64,000 bases of DNA from Eledone cirrhosa (lineage: Eukaryota). The DNA lies in contig OZ024740.1 in NCBI GenBank assembly GCA_964016885.1, positions 236,964,001-237,028,000 of the forward strand, written 5' to 3'. A model generated the notes under the pieces. It was not told where the DNA came from. It ran no database searches and was given only the letters and a program-made list of their open reading frames with translations. The position numbers were made by a program, and so were the translations under genes. Of this stretch, positions 24,473 to 35,910 are shown in pieces (positions within the stretch are counted from its first letter, which is position 1; every line of letters starts with the position of its first letter).

Positions 24473-25495
24473 ATTGTATTAAATATTTACTCTTGATTGG
24501 CCAGAGGTGTTTATTTCCAGGTACCTTATGAATTTGACTTTCCGTATTTATTACTGTTGTGAAATATTGTGGCTTTTTTTGGTTGTAACTTCTCTGTTTT
24601 TTAGCCTAAGAAAATATATATATATACCTACGTATATAATTACATGCATATATGTATTTATTTTCTTTTATTAATTGAGTTCTTTACACGAGGAATTGAT
24701 ATTGGTTTAGAAATAACTAATTAACCCGCGTGTGTTTTATATTTTACTCTTAATAATTCGGCCGGAGAATTATATTCCCATTTGTCCTTTATAGCATAAC
24801 TTTCTGCATTTACTGCGGTTATGAGAAGCGGTTCTTATTCGGGTACAACTTCTGATTTAGCCTAAGAAAATATCTATATGCGTGTGTAATTTTATACAAT
24901 CATATATTTATTTTTTTATTTTCAATTGAGTTCTTAAACACGTTGGATTGATAATGTTTTCATAAAAACTAATTAACCCGCGTGTATATTATTATTTTTG
25001 GTCCTCATTTCGTGGATCGTGGGTTGTCTCCCCTTCCCGCTTCGTGTCGCTACGATACTTCCTCAGTCAAAAACTGCTGGAATTTCAAATTTGGCGGTCA
25101 TTCGAGGTGAGAGAGAGCAACTTTACGGACACGATTTTTAACAGCGGTAAGAAATTGTTTTCTTATATCGATGCTTAACGGGCTTCCACTGATGATTTAT
25201 AAGTGCCCACCTAAATATATTCTTACATGAATATATATTAGGCTTCTACATAAACTGGAAACATTCTCCCAACTTGTAGAAAACTTATAATGAAACAATT
25301 GTTTGGAAAGAGATATACTTTAACTTTAATTATATCTCATAAAATAATACAACTGGTTTTTCCACATTATACATATTGTTAGCACCCCAAACACTTAAAT
25401 TGGGTTTATATTTTAATATAACCTAATGTTTGTTGAGTGAGATGGTTACCAGTCAGAGTTTAGCTTTAAACTATCTCTGTTATTGTATTAAATAT
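24469..25495 (+). mobile_element. About 1.0-kb non-coding hammerhead-bearing element with a short terminal direct repeat (retrozyme or Penelope pLTR-like)
   Basis: tgttattgtattaaatat at both ends; internal diverged duplication (about 24585-24745 and 24845-24995); CpG-rich core; hammerhead at 25184-25308; inserted in (TA)n. Confidence 0.55.
25184..25308 (+). ncRNA. Type I hammerhead ribozyme with a large branched stem II
   Basis: ttcca-CTGATGA-T-ttataag...cttataa-T-GAAA-caattg-TT-tggaa: stem I of 5 bp, stem II of 7 bp enclosing about 80 nt, palindromic stem III ACAATTGT, GUU cleavage triplet. Confidence 0.6.
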
Positions 25496-25512
25496 ATATA
25501 TATATATATTTT

Positions 25513-25646
<134 letters not shown>

Positions 25647-25725
25647 AGCCCAACGGCTTATTTTAAATTTACTTTTTTCCGTTACATTTTTTCCGTTTAT
25701 AGTTTTCGGTGCGCCCGGCCGATTA

Positions 25726-25786
25726 ACTCACTTGATATGCAAATTAGGCTGCTCAGCCGTTAATATGCATAAGGAAAGTATATACT
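25726..25786 (+). promoter_or_regulatory. Putative snRNA-type promoter module (octamer ATGCAAAT 25737-25744, conserved spacer, TATATA 25779-25784)
   Basis: The motif is conserved in the diverged homologue at 45368-45429; function is inferred only. Confidence 0.4.
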
Positions 25787-25818
25787 TTCAGACGTTCAAT
25801 CATCTGGCAGGAAGGTAT

Positions 25819-25861
25819 ACGGTGCTGATGATAGCTAATAAGCTTGAAACTAGTACATCGT
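25819..25861 (+). ncRNA. Minimal type I hammerhead ribozyme
   Basis: acggtg-CTGATGA-T-agct-aata-agct-T-GAAA-ctag-TA-catcgt: 6-bp stem I (one G.U), 4-bp stem II, palindromic ACTAGT stem III, GUA triplet. Confidence 0.75.
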
Positions 25862-26067
25862 TCCTTTGTCAGTGTTGAACAAAAGGGTAACGATGGTTGC
25901 GAAACGCTGTACGGCTTAATTCGGGATGTTTGTTTGTTTACAAACAAACCAGGCATTATAATAAATGTTCGGTAAATCATACGTACATATATATATGTGT
26001 GCATGTATGTTTATATATACATACTACTCTACGTCTGTATACATATATGTATGTACGTATACATACT

Positions 26068-26099
<32 letters not shown>

Positions 26100-26141
26100 A
26101 TCATCATCATCATCGTTTAACGTCCATCTTCCACGCTTGCA
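26100..26141 (-). mobile_element. Extreme 3' tip of an RTE LINE/SINE with (ATG)n tail
   Basis: catcatcatcatcgtttaacgtccatcttccacgcttgca matches 21730-21770. Confidence 0.8.
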
Positions 26142-26250
26142 TATATATATATATATATGCAAGTGTATATATATATAAATATATGCAAGTGTATATATAT
26201 ATATAAATATATGCAAGTGTATATATATATATAAATATATGCAAGTGTAT

Positions 26251-26591
26251 GGAGACACATGGCTTAGTGGTTATAGAATTGGCCTTGCAATCGAAAGGTT
26301 GTGAGTTCAATTCTCAGACCAGGTGATGTGTTGTTTCCTTGAGCAAGACACTTTATTTCACATTGCTCCAGTTTACTTAACTGTAGAAATGAGATGATAG
26401 GGACTGGGGTCCATATCATTCCACTGCAAAGTGGTCGTGGAGGTGCCATGGCAAAAAAGCACCCAGCACTCACTGTAAATGAGGTTGGTGTTAGGAAGGG
26501 CATCCAGCTGTAGAAATCAAGCCAGAATCAGTTCCCATCCCACCCTTGCAAGCAGGGAAAAAGCAGACGTAAAATGAAATGATGATGATGA
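26251..26591 (+). mobile_element. Full-length CORE-type tRNA SINE with RTE tail
   Basis: A box tggcttagtgg, B box gagttcaattc, CORE-like domain, (ATG)n tail. Confidence 0.9.
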
Positions 26592-27239
26592 TATATATAA
26601 TTATATGCAAGTGTGTATATATATAAATATATGCAAGTGTGTATATATATATATAAATATATGCAAGTGTATATATATATAAATATATTCAAGTGTATAT
26701 ATATATATAAATATATGCAAGTGTATATATATAATATGCAAGTGTATATATATATATATAAATATATGCAAGTGTATATATATACACATACACAACAATA
26801 ATTTAGCTCTGTGCACAATAATATAAACCTTGTTGCTCAATAATCGCTTAATGAAAAATTGTTGTGAAATAAACTGTAATTCAGAGTGCATTCATAAAAG
26901 ATAATATTATAGAGACAACATATTTAATATCTTGCATAGACATAAAACAAGGCATAGGAAAAGAGGTATGTATGTATGACATGCATAGATGTAATCTATC
27001 TATCTATATCTATATATATATATCATATATACATGGAAAGAAATATGATAAAACTGAAAGTTCTTTGAAGTTTGTATCAAAACAATTTTATGATACAAGA
27101 ATGGACAACTTTTCAAATGACAAAAAATAAGCTACTTTTCAAAATATTGACAAATTTAATTATTTGGATTTCCCATGATCTTAAAATGAAAGTCAGTTTC
27201 ATCCGCAAAATTCCAGGATAAACAAAATTGCCCAACAAA

Positions 27240-27476
27240 GAGAGAAAGAAGATGTTAGACAAGATGCTAGACCTCATTCACCTACCAAGTGGGGTGGAAC
27301 TCATCCATTAGTCTTTCTATTGCTGATACTATCTACTTGTCACAACTCCTGGTAGAGAGAGCAATGTGAAATAAAGTGTCTTGCTCAAGGACATAATGCA
27401 TCAACCGGCCCAGGAATTGAACTCGCAACCTCACAATTGCAACTCCAATTCTGTAACAACTAAGCCATGCACTTCT
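27240..27476 (-). mobile_element. CORE-like SINE, second tail variant (also 33294-33530 + and 41140-41356 -)
   Basis: Same tRNA head and ccttgagcaagacactttatttcac core; different tail. Confidence 0.7.
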
Positions 27477-28083
27477 TGACCAGCATAATAAAAACCTAAT
27501 TGTAACCTATAAGGCATACTGATGGTATTACTGTTGTGAAAATATGTTTTACTAAAGTTAAATGTTACCTATTTAACTTAGACTGATGAAAATTTTCAGT
27601 TATAGAATGTATCTGTAATAACTAGTAACCTTGCATGTTGATTTGGTTTATCTTGGGAATACGACAGTAAATAAATTATTGAGGGCTGGTGATAGGAGAT
27701 AAGACACTATTTATGATACTGATTGAAGTGAAATAGAATGTATGAAGAAGAAGATAAGCTGCTGTTACATTATAATGTAAATCTGGCTAAACTTTGTCTA
27801 AATCTGTTTGTCTCCACACAACTGGCTAGAAGGTTTAGTTTACTTTCTTCTAAGTTCAAATCATATCAGACCTGACTTTACCTTTGCTCCATTGGTAGCA
27901 TGCTGGAATAGATTAAATATATCTCACAAAAATACAGTTGTATTCAAGCAATAAATCATTATGATCAATGGTTGAATTGACTACTAAGCAAGGGAAAATG
28001 ATGACAAACTTCAATTTAAACTTGAAACTTGTGCTGACTGAAGTATGGATGTCACATTAAGCTATTAAACATATCTAACATCT

Positions 28084-28274
28084 AATAATTGTTTCTACTT
28101 TTGGCACAAGGCCAGCAATTACCCAGTGCATTACCTGTACTTTATATTATCGACCCCGTAAGGATGAAGGGCAAAGTTAATCTCGGCAAGATTTGAACTC
28201 AGAATGGCAAGGGCCATGACTATGCGTCAAAGCATGGCATCCGACCCTCTACCGATACTGCCAATGCACTGCTC
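28084..28274 (-). mobile_element. SINE family A
   Basis: Near full-length match to the family-A consensus; degenerate TSD ctaaca..aataat. Confidence 0.85.
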
Positions 28275-28800
28275 CTAACAGCCAATAATGATCTGACACC
28301 TTTATAAACTTACTGTGTGGGTACAGTTCAGCCAAATGGTTAGGAAGTTGACTTCAGGTTAGATCCAACACTGTAGCATCTTTAGCAAATATAATTGGAT
28401 GTACCTGAGCTTTAGAAACCCAATAGATGGACTGCCCTGACATTCAAAGGGACAGCCTTGTCACACATTGTGTCATGCTGAATCTCCCTTCTTCTTTGCC
28501 CACTTATACTTGAGAGTGTTGAGGGGAAAGAGTCCTCAAACAATCCCTCCAGCAGGCCCTGTCAGAAGCAACCATCTCCAACTGATCCGGCTGGATCCCC
28601 AAGCATGACCAGCCAAGCTCATGAATCTCCATGAGAATTAAATAAAGTGTACATATATCTATGGAATGCTCAGCTATTTATACAGGCTATTTCAAAGATT
28701 AAACAACTGGAGCACTTGTTGAAATTGATACAAATCCTTTTAACTTTACCTTTCACCTTTTTTTTTTTATAGACTCTCAGTAGGATAAATATGACACAGA

Positions 28801-28952
28801 CAGTGCATTACTGGTGCTTTATTTTATCAACCCCATAAGGATGAAAGGCAAAGTTAACCTCGGTGGGATTTGAACTCAGAACATAAAGGGCTATAACTCT
28901 AAGCTGCAAAGCATGATGTCCGGTGCTCTAGCGATACTGCCAATCTACCACC
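28801..28952 (-). mobile_element. SINE family A (partial)
   Basis: Match to the family-A head and central domain. Confidence 0.8.
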
Positions 28953-29689
28953 TTAACATACCCATATAATAAGCATTGTTCCAATATAACATTAAATAGC
29001 ATCAACTTGTCAGTTTATACACAGCAAATACTCCAAGTCACAAAACTCTAAACACCCACGAATTTACATAAAAAATACACAACATATCCAATTCTTCTCA
29101 AGATTCAGAATAAATTTGATTGACAATACTTCACTGACAGAGAAACTATGGAGCCAACAGCATTGACAAAACAAATGAAATTCTCATAGGAAGCATCTTA
29201 GCAGACATAAAATACATTCCAAAAGAAAATTACATAAGCACCTGTCATTAGCAGAACACATAAAGAATACTTATTTAACAAGATGATAACACAATGTTCA
29301 CTTAGCTACACTCAAATACTTCAAACTTAAACACTAACGTATATATAACCATTCAAGAACAGAAACACATCATGGAAGCATCTAGAATAGCATTTCTATC
29401 AGAGACATTTACTTTTGACTACCATTTCATTCTGTTAGAGAAAAAAATCTAAATAACTCAGACAGGATAAGAGCTGACACAAAAGATATTCTTGTCAAGT
29501 ATTAGAGTTGATCTAATCAGCTATTCTCACTGTTTCCCAAGAAGCGGTAGGAAAAATGTATTGAGATATATCTTTCATGTTCCAAGTTCAAATCACACTC
29601 AGGTTGACTTTGCCTTTTATCATTCTGGAATCAGTACCAAGATTCATATATTCAATCATTCCCTCTCAAAATTCATATAAGAATTATAA

Positions 29690-30130
29690 GAGCTTTGAAC
29701 AAAATACCTTACAGTATTTAGCTATGGATCTTTAAGCTCTGAGTTCAAATCCCACCAAGGTCAACTTTGCCTTTCATCCTTTTGAGGTCAATGAATAAAG
29801 TACCAGTCTGAAACTGAGATTGATTTAATTGTCTTTCTTTTCCCCACAAAAATGCTGGCCTTGTGCCTAAATTAGAAACCATGATTATAATTATTAGAAC
29901 ATTGGACAAAATGCCTTGCAATATGTAGGTATATAACTTTATATATTGAATTAAGATCTCACCAGCACCAATTTTATCCCCCAAATTAATGGCTTTGCGC
30001 CACAATTAAAAACATTCCTCATCATTACTGGTACTTTATTTTATCTTCATCCTTACGGGATTGATCAAATAAAGTACCAGTAATACACTGGATAATTGCT
30101 GGCCTTGTGCCAAAAGTAGAAACAATTATT
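29690..30130 (+). mobile_element. Two family-A-related SINE pieces (29690-29890 and 30023-30130)
   Basis: ctgagttcaaatcccaccaaggtcaactttgcctttcatcc...; the second piece ends gtgccaaaagtagaaacaattatt. Confidence 0.7.
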
Positions 30131-30611
30131 AGTAGCTGTCCACAAACATAGCTCAATTGATAGGGTATCAGGCTTTCACAATAAAGAAATCAAGTCATAT
30201 TTTAAATATGTGCTTTCAATGCACAACCAAGCACAGCTCTGTGTGTCTTGGATCCATACAGCATATTGTTTGGATTTGGGATGTTTTACTGTATTGAAAG
30301 TAATGTATGTAATATATGTACAGTGTCTAGTAGTGATATTTTCTGTATATTATGTATATATTCAAGTCCTGAGTGAGTTGGCTCTATATTTGTCTGCTAC
30401 ACTGTGATTGTTGGTAAGGAAGTTTAATAGGGACAGCATTAGTGGCATCATACTGTAAGAGTGACAGAAGGGAGATAGTGTGATAGAAAAAGAATGACTG
30501 TGAGAGAGAGAGGGGGGGAGGAGGAGAGAGAGAGGACAGTGTGGGGAGGATAAAGAAAAGAGAAAGTGTGAGTGGAGGTATGAAAGAGAAAAAAAATGCT
30601 TACCCTTATAT

Positions 30612-30663
<52 letters not shown>

Positions 30664-30699
30664 AACACACACACACACATATATATATACATACGTGAA

Positions 30700-31480
30700 A
30701 TCTACACATACACATGAAAACGAAAATGTATGTATAAAGAAATAAATCTACACATACACATACAAATACAAATGAAAATGTATGTATATATATAAAAAAA
30801 TAAATCTACACATACACATACAAATGAAAATGTATGTATATATATCAAAAAATAAATCTACACATACACATACAAATGAAAATGTATGTATATATATAAA
30901 AAAATAAATCTACACATACACATACAAATGAAAATGTATGTATATATATAAAAAAATAAATCTACACATACACATACAAATGAAAATGTATGTATATATA
31001 TAAAAAAATAAATCTACACATACACATACAAATGAAAATGTATGTATATATATAAAAAAATAAATCTACACATACACATACAAATGAAAATGTATGTATA
31101 TATAAAGAAATAAATCTACACATACACATACAAATGAAAATGTATGTATATATATAAAAAAATAAATCTACACATACACATACAAATGAAAATGTATGTA
31201 TATATATAAAGAAATAAATCTACACATACACATACAAATGAAAATGTATGTATATATATAAAAAAATAAATCTACACATACACATACAAATGAAAATGTA
31301 TGTATATATATAAAAAAATAAATCTACACATACACATACAAATGAAAATGTATGTATATATATAAAAAAATAAATCTACACATACACATACAAATGAAAA
31401 TGTATGTATATATATAAAAAAATAAATCTACACATACACATACAAATGAAAATGTATGTATATATATAAAAAAATAAATC
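30700..31480. repeat. 52-bp minisatellite, about 14-15 copies
   Basis: Unit aaatctacacatacacatacaaatgaaaatgtatgtatatatataaaaaaat; period seen at 30909, 30961 and 31013. Confidence 0.95.
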
Positions 31481-31633
31481 ATTGAGGTTAATTACCCAGG
31501 GTTAATTACATATAAATAACTATAAGGCCACAAATAGATACTTAAACTTAGTCATCACAAAAGAACACATGTTGATTTATAACTTTGCTGGTAGTGTCTG
31601 AGAAAACAAGGGAACATTAATATGTACTATATA

Positions 31634-31982
31634 TCATCATCATCATCATCATTTCGTTTTTAAGTCCGCTTTTTCCCTGCTTGCAAGGGTGGGACGGGAA
31701 CTGATTCTGGCTTGATTTTTACAGCTGGATGCTCTTCCTAACACCAACCTCATTTACAGTGAGTGCTGGGTGCTTTTTTGCCGTGGCACCTCCACGACCA
31801 CTTTGCAGTGGAATGATATGGACCCCAGTCCCTATCATCTCATTTCTACAGCTGAGTAAACTGGAGCAATGTGAAATAAAGTGTCTTGCTCAAGGAAACA
31901 ACACATCACCCGGTCTGAGAATTGAACTCACAACCTTTCGATTGCCAGGCCAATGCTCTAACCACTAAGCCATGTGCCTCCA
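31634..31982 (-). mobile_element. Full-length CORE-type SINE with RTE tail
   Basis: Reverse complement of the 26251-26591 type; (TA)n flanks. Confidence 0.9.
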
Positions 31983-32104
31983 TATATATATATATATAAA
32001 TAAGTGTGATGGACAAATGTAATGGTCTCTTTTTTAAAGTCTGTTTTGCATTGGGTATATAGGGGTTCCCTGAGACATGAAAACTATTTCAAGGGTGCCA
32101 CAAG

Positions 32105-32290
32105 CGTAATTTGCCTCTAACTCCTCCATGGATTCAACTATAAGGACCAAATTCTCAGCACACACAAACGTCCACGAAGTGTCAGTCACAAACTCCTCTA
32201 TTATGGCCTGAATAACAATGGGAAATAATGTGTGTTGCTCAAATACACCACATCTGGCATGGTCCACATGACCGAATGCCCCTCCCAATG
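32105..32290 (-). mobile_element. Degenerate RTE RT fragment
   Basis: LFPIVIQAIIEEFVTDTSWTFVCAENLVLIVESMEELE versus [38 protein letters not shown] in copy A. Confidence 0.7.
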
Positions 32291-32399
32291 CCCACCATCT
32301 CTTGTCTCTTTTTTTCCCTCAAATAATTGCTTTATTCAATACTATATTTGTAGTCAAATACAGGCATAGTGAATTAATCATTTATATCCATACATATTT

Positions 32400-32550
32400 A
32401 GGTGGTGAATTGGCAGAGTCGTTAAGATAGAATGCTTTACGATATTCGTCCCACCTCATTGCACTCTCTGAGTTCAAAACCTGCTGGGGTTAACTTTGCC
32501 TTTCATCCTTTCGAGGTCGATAAAAAAAGTACCAGTCCAGTACTGGGGTT
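32400..32550 (+). mobile_element. SINE family A-related copy
   Basis: ggtggtgaattggcagagtcg head; gcctttcatcctttcgaggtcgataaa domain. Confidence 0.75.
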
Positions 32551-33702
32551 GAGTCTTCCTCTATAGAAAAAAATTGACTGTGTTCAGACCTGGAGAGGGT
32601 TGGGCTCCACCAGGTTTAAAAGTGCCCTAGACACACCATATGACGGTGCCTCTACAACTCCACAAGAAGTTATGGGGATGTCTATTCATACACATATACA
32701 ATTTTATGTATTTACCTGTGGTAAATGTACTTATAAATTTACCTACTGTTTGGCAGTATATAAAATAAAATGCATACACACAATAAGTTAACTGCAAATA
32801 GTACAAGATTGTATGATATTAAATTTAATTCTTGTATTTGCTGAACAGCTTAATGCTTCTTATATACATATATATTTTGACTTGAAAATATGATGACAGT
32901 AATTCCTCGCTTTCTATTTTAGTACAGTTCATAACTGAAGCAACCAGAAAAGTATCTTACACGTCTTAAATATTATTTAATGTCCTTTCAGCAAAAGGAA
33001 AACCATAAAGTCATATAAAACACAAATCCTCATTCGTATTTATGTTTATGAAACAAGTCACCATGTATGTGTTTACAAATCAAAAAAGAACCAAAGATGA
33101 ACAAAATGAAGTTTGTTTTAAGAGATGTGAGAATTTGATGTAATCTGTTTATTCTAGGTGATTTGAAAGAAACCCATGGAAAACAAACTTACGTAAGAGC
33201 TAACAGAAACAGTTGAAAGTTGAGATACATGTTAAAAGTATAACAGCGAAAGAATTTTTATTTTCTGATTTAAACTTGCATTATAACTAATAGTGGAGGT
33301 GCGTGGCTTGGTGGTTAGAGAATTAGATTTGTAATTGTGAGGTTGTGAGTTCAATTCCCAGATCAGACAATGTTATGTCCTTGAGAAAGACACTTTATTT
33401 CACGTTGCTCTTTCTGCGAGGAGTTGCAACCAGTAGATAACATCAGCAATGGAAAAACCCATGGAAACATTGTTTCCTTGGTCCAATTTAATGAGGTCTG
33501 AGATCTTGTCATTCAACTACCTTCCTTTCTGTAACTAATACTGTTCTAAAGTTAAAAAAGAATACAAAATTTTAATTGATATATCTATATTCTAGATATT
33601 TAATTTACTGATTTTAGATTATAACAAGCCAAATATTTGGACTAGCACTTTTTCTTTTGATCTCAGTAGTGGTGAAATCACATTGGAATGGAAACCAGAT
33701 AC

Positions 33703-33985
33703 ATCATCATCATCATCATCATCATTGTTGTTGTTTCACGTCCATTTTCCACGCTAGCATGGGTAGGACGGGCTGTCCTTTTGTGAGAGATCAGGTTGGA
33801 GGACCGTGTTTTGCTCATACAGAACTGGTTTTAGCTTGGTTTCTATGGCTGGATGCCGTTCCTAAACCCAACCACATTTACAGTGTGTTGGGTGCGTTTT
33901 GTCATGACATCTACACGACCACTTTACAGTGTGGGTTGGGCACTTTTTGTCATGTCACCAGCACAACCACTTTACAGTGGGGTGC
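33703..33985 (-). mobile_element. RTE-type 3'UTR/tail fragment with internal 48-bp repeats
   Basis: Homologous to 58437-59021; (ATG)n tail at 33703-33725. Confidence 0.75.
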
Positions 33986-34255
33986 CTCTGTTGGGTGTAG
34001 TCTCTCTTCCTCCTATTCATTCTCTGCATTCATCAACCTCTCATATTAAGAAAGTGGTGAGGGATAAAATAACATGTGGGAAAAGAATAACAACAGACTA
34101 TTTTAGCAATTTAAAGACTGAAAATAACTGTGGAGATGCTTGGGTGATGAGAAGTAAGGGAGAGAAATCCCTTGGTCTGAGGAGATCCGAATCTTTTGGA
34201 ATAATTTGTGACAATGTAGCGGGAATGGACCTTGTCTATGAACCAACATGATGAA

Positions 34256-34298
34256 AACAACCGATATGTTTCAATCTTATTAGATCTCCTCAGTGAGC
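34256..34298 (-). ncRNA. Probable decayed minimal hammerhead ribozyme
   Basis: Minus strand CTGAGGA-gatct-aata-agatt-GAAA-cata-TC; core and stem II are good, but stem I does not pair convincingly. Confidence 0.45.
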
Positions 34299-34657
34299 AT
34301 ATTCACTTAGTGAAGTGGCTAGACTAGAATATGCCTAAATATATAGGAAAAGGGAAAGAAATTATGCACTGATTATGTGAGTCAATAAATGGTGGAGAAG
34401 AAAATTCTCCTGACCTACCTTTCATTATATTAACATTAATGGTGGCAGCTGCCCTAAAATTTATATATATGTACATACATGTGTCCAATGAGCTTCTGCA
34501 CCAGTTCTATCTTAATAAACTTCACTCACAAAATCAACCAATCAAAGGTTGAGAGAAAAAAAACACTTGTTGAAAATGTCATCCAGTGGGATTGAATCTA
34601 GAACCATCTTATGTTTGCTAAACCTGTATATTTTAACTGCAGAAATAGTACTAATAT

Positions 34658-34850
34658 CGGTGGATTGGCAGTATCGGTAGTGGGTCGGATGCCATGCTTT
34701 ACAGCAAAGAGTTACGGCCCATTATTGTCTGAGTTCAAATCCCGCCGAGGTTAACTTTGCCTGTCATCCTTACGGGGCTCGATAAAATAAAGTACCAGTA
34801 ATACACTGGGATAATTGCTGGCCTTGTGTCAAAAGTAGAAACAATTATTA
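34658..34850 (+). mobile_element. SINE family A, near full length
   Basis: cggtggattggcagtatcggtag...gagttcaaatcccgccgagg...gtagaaacaattatt. Confidence 0.9.
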
Positions 34851-35574
34851 CATTGATCAATGAATCAATCATAACTCTACCCCAACTGAAATGTTGTCTT
34901 CCTAACAATAAAAAGCCTTCACAAGTAATGAAATTTCACATCTATTTAGTTTGTCTTCTGTTTTATTTTCAATGTATTAAAGAAAACCCTGACTCTCAAG
35001 TGTTCAATCGCCTCCCAGCTCAAATAGAATCAGCCTTTAAGTGTCTTGAATAGAAACAGTAAATCTTAACTCAAGTAGTTTGATGTCAGAGTAAAGAAAT
35101 GAAATCTATACTGGATCATGTATTTTGATTTTAATAGGGAAGTGAATATATAAATTGTGTAGAAAGAGGTTAATCCCTAGCTTGATGCTGAAATAAACTG
35201 AAAAGAATGTTGGCTATGAATAGTAAGTCTGTTGTAGCTTTACAGTGCTTCAAACTCTGCCTATACAACACATATTTTGACTGTATATAATATATTTTAG
35301 CCTTATTGTGTCTAATATATAAAAAAACTGAAATAATCAATGCAGAGTGGCATAGTGAATTGGAAATTATTGCACGGAATTCTTTGTCATGTATCATCAT
35401 TAAAATACAATATTATTGTATATAACGACCACTGCCATACAATATTTTAATGTCATTGTTGTATTTGTTCTGACTCTTTACATTCTGAGTTTAAATCCTG
35501 CTAAGGTCATTTTTGCCTTCTGAAAAAAATAAAGTACCAGTCAAGTACTGGGATTTATTTAATCAACTTTAGAT

Positions 35575-35910
35575 ATATGTATATTTACATACATGTATAC
35601 ATACATATGTGTATGTTTACATATATGTATATTTACATATGTATATACATACATATATGTATGTTTACAAATATGTATATTTGCATACATGTATACATAC
35701 ATATGTATTCATACATATATGTATACATACATATATATATATATACATATATACACATACATATATATATATACATATATACACATACATATATTCCTAC
35801 ACATATACATATATACTCATACATATACTTATATATATATATATATATATACACATATGTCTCCAATCATCATCATATGTATGTGTGTATACATATACGT
35901 ATATGTACCT
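35575..35910. repeat. Degenerate (TA)/(CA)/(TG) low-complexity tract
   Basis: Direct reading. Confidence 0.9.

Noticed and set aside
20387-24531. Long YI/IY-repeat ORFs (also 18087-18850, 25430-26891, 35577-36071)
   Set aside because: Translations of (TA)n microsatellites.
25005-25052. Minus-strand CUGAGGA...GAAG motif
   Set aside because: Lacks GAAA, the UH site and stem I pairing.
26251-26330. tRNA gene
   Set aside because: The A and B boxes belong to SINE heads; no complete cloverleaf.
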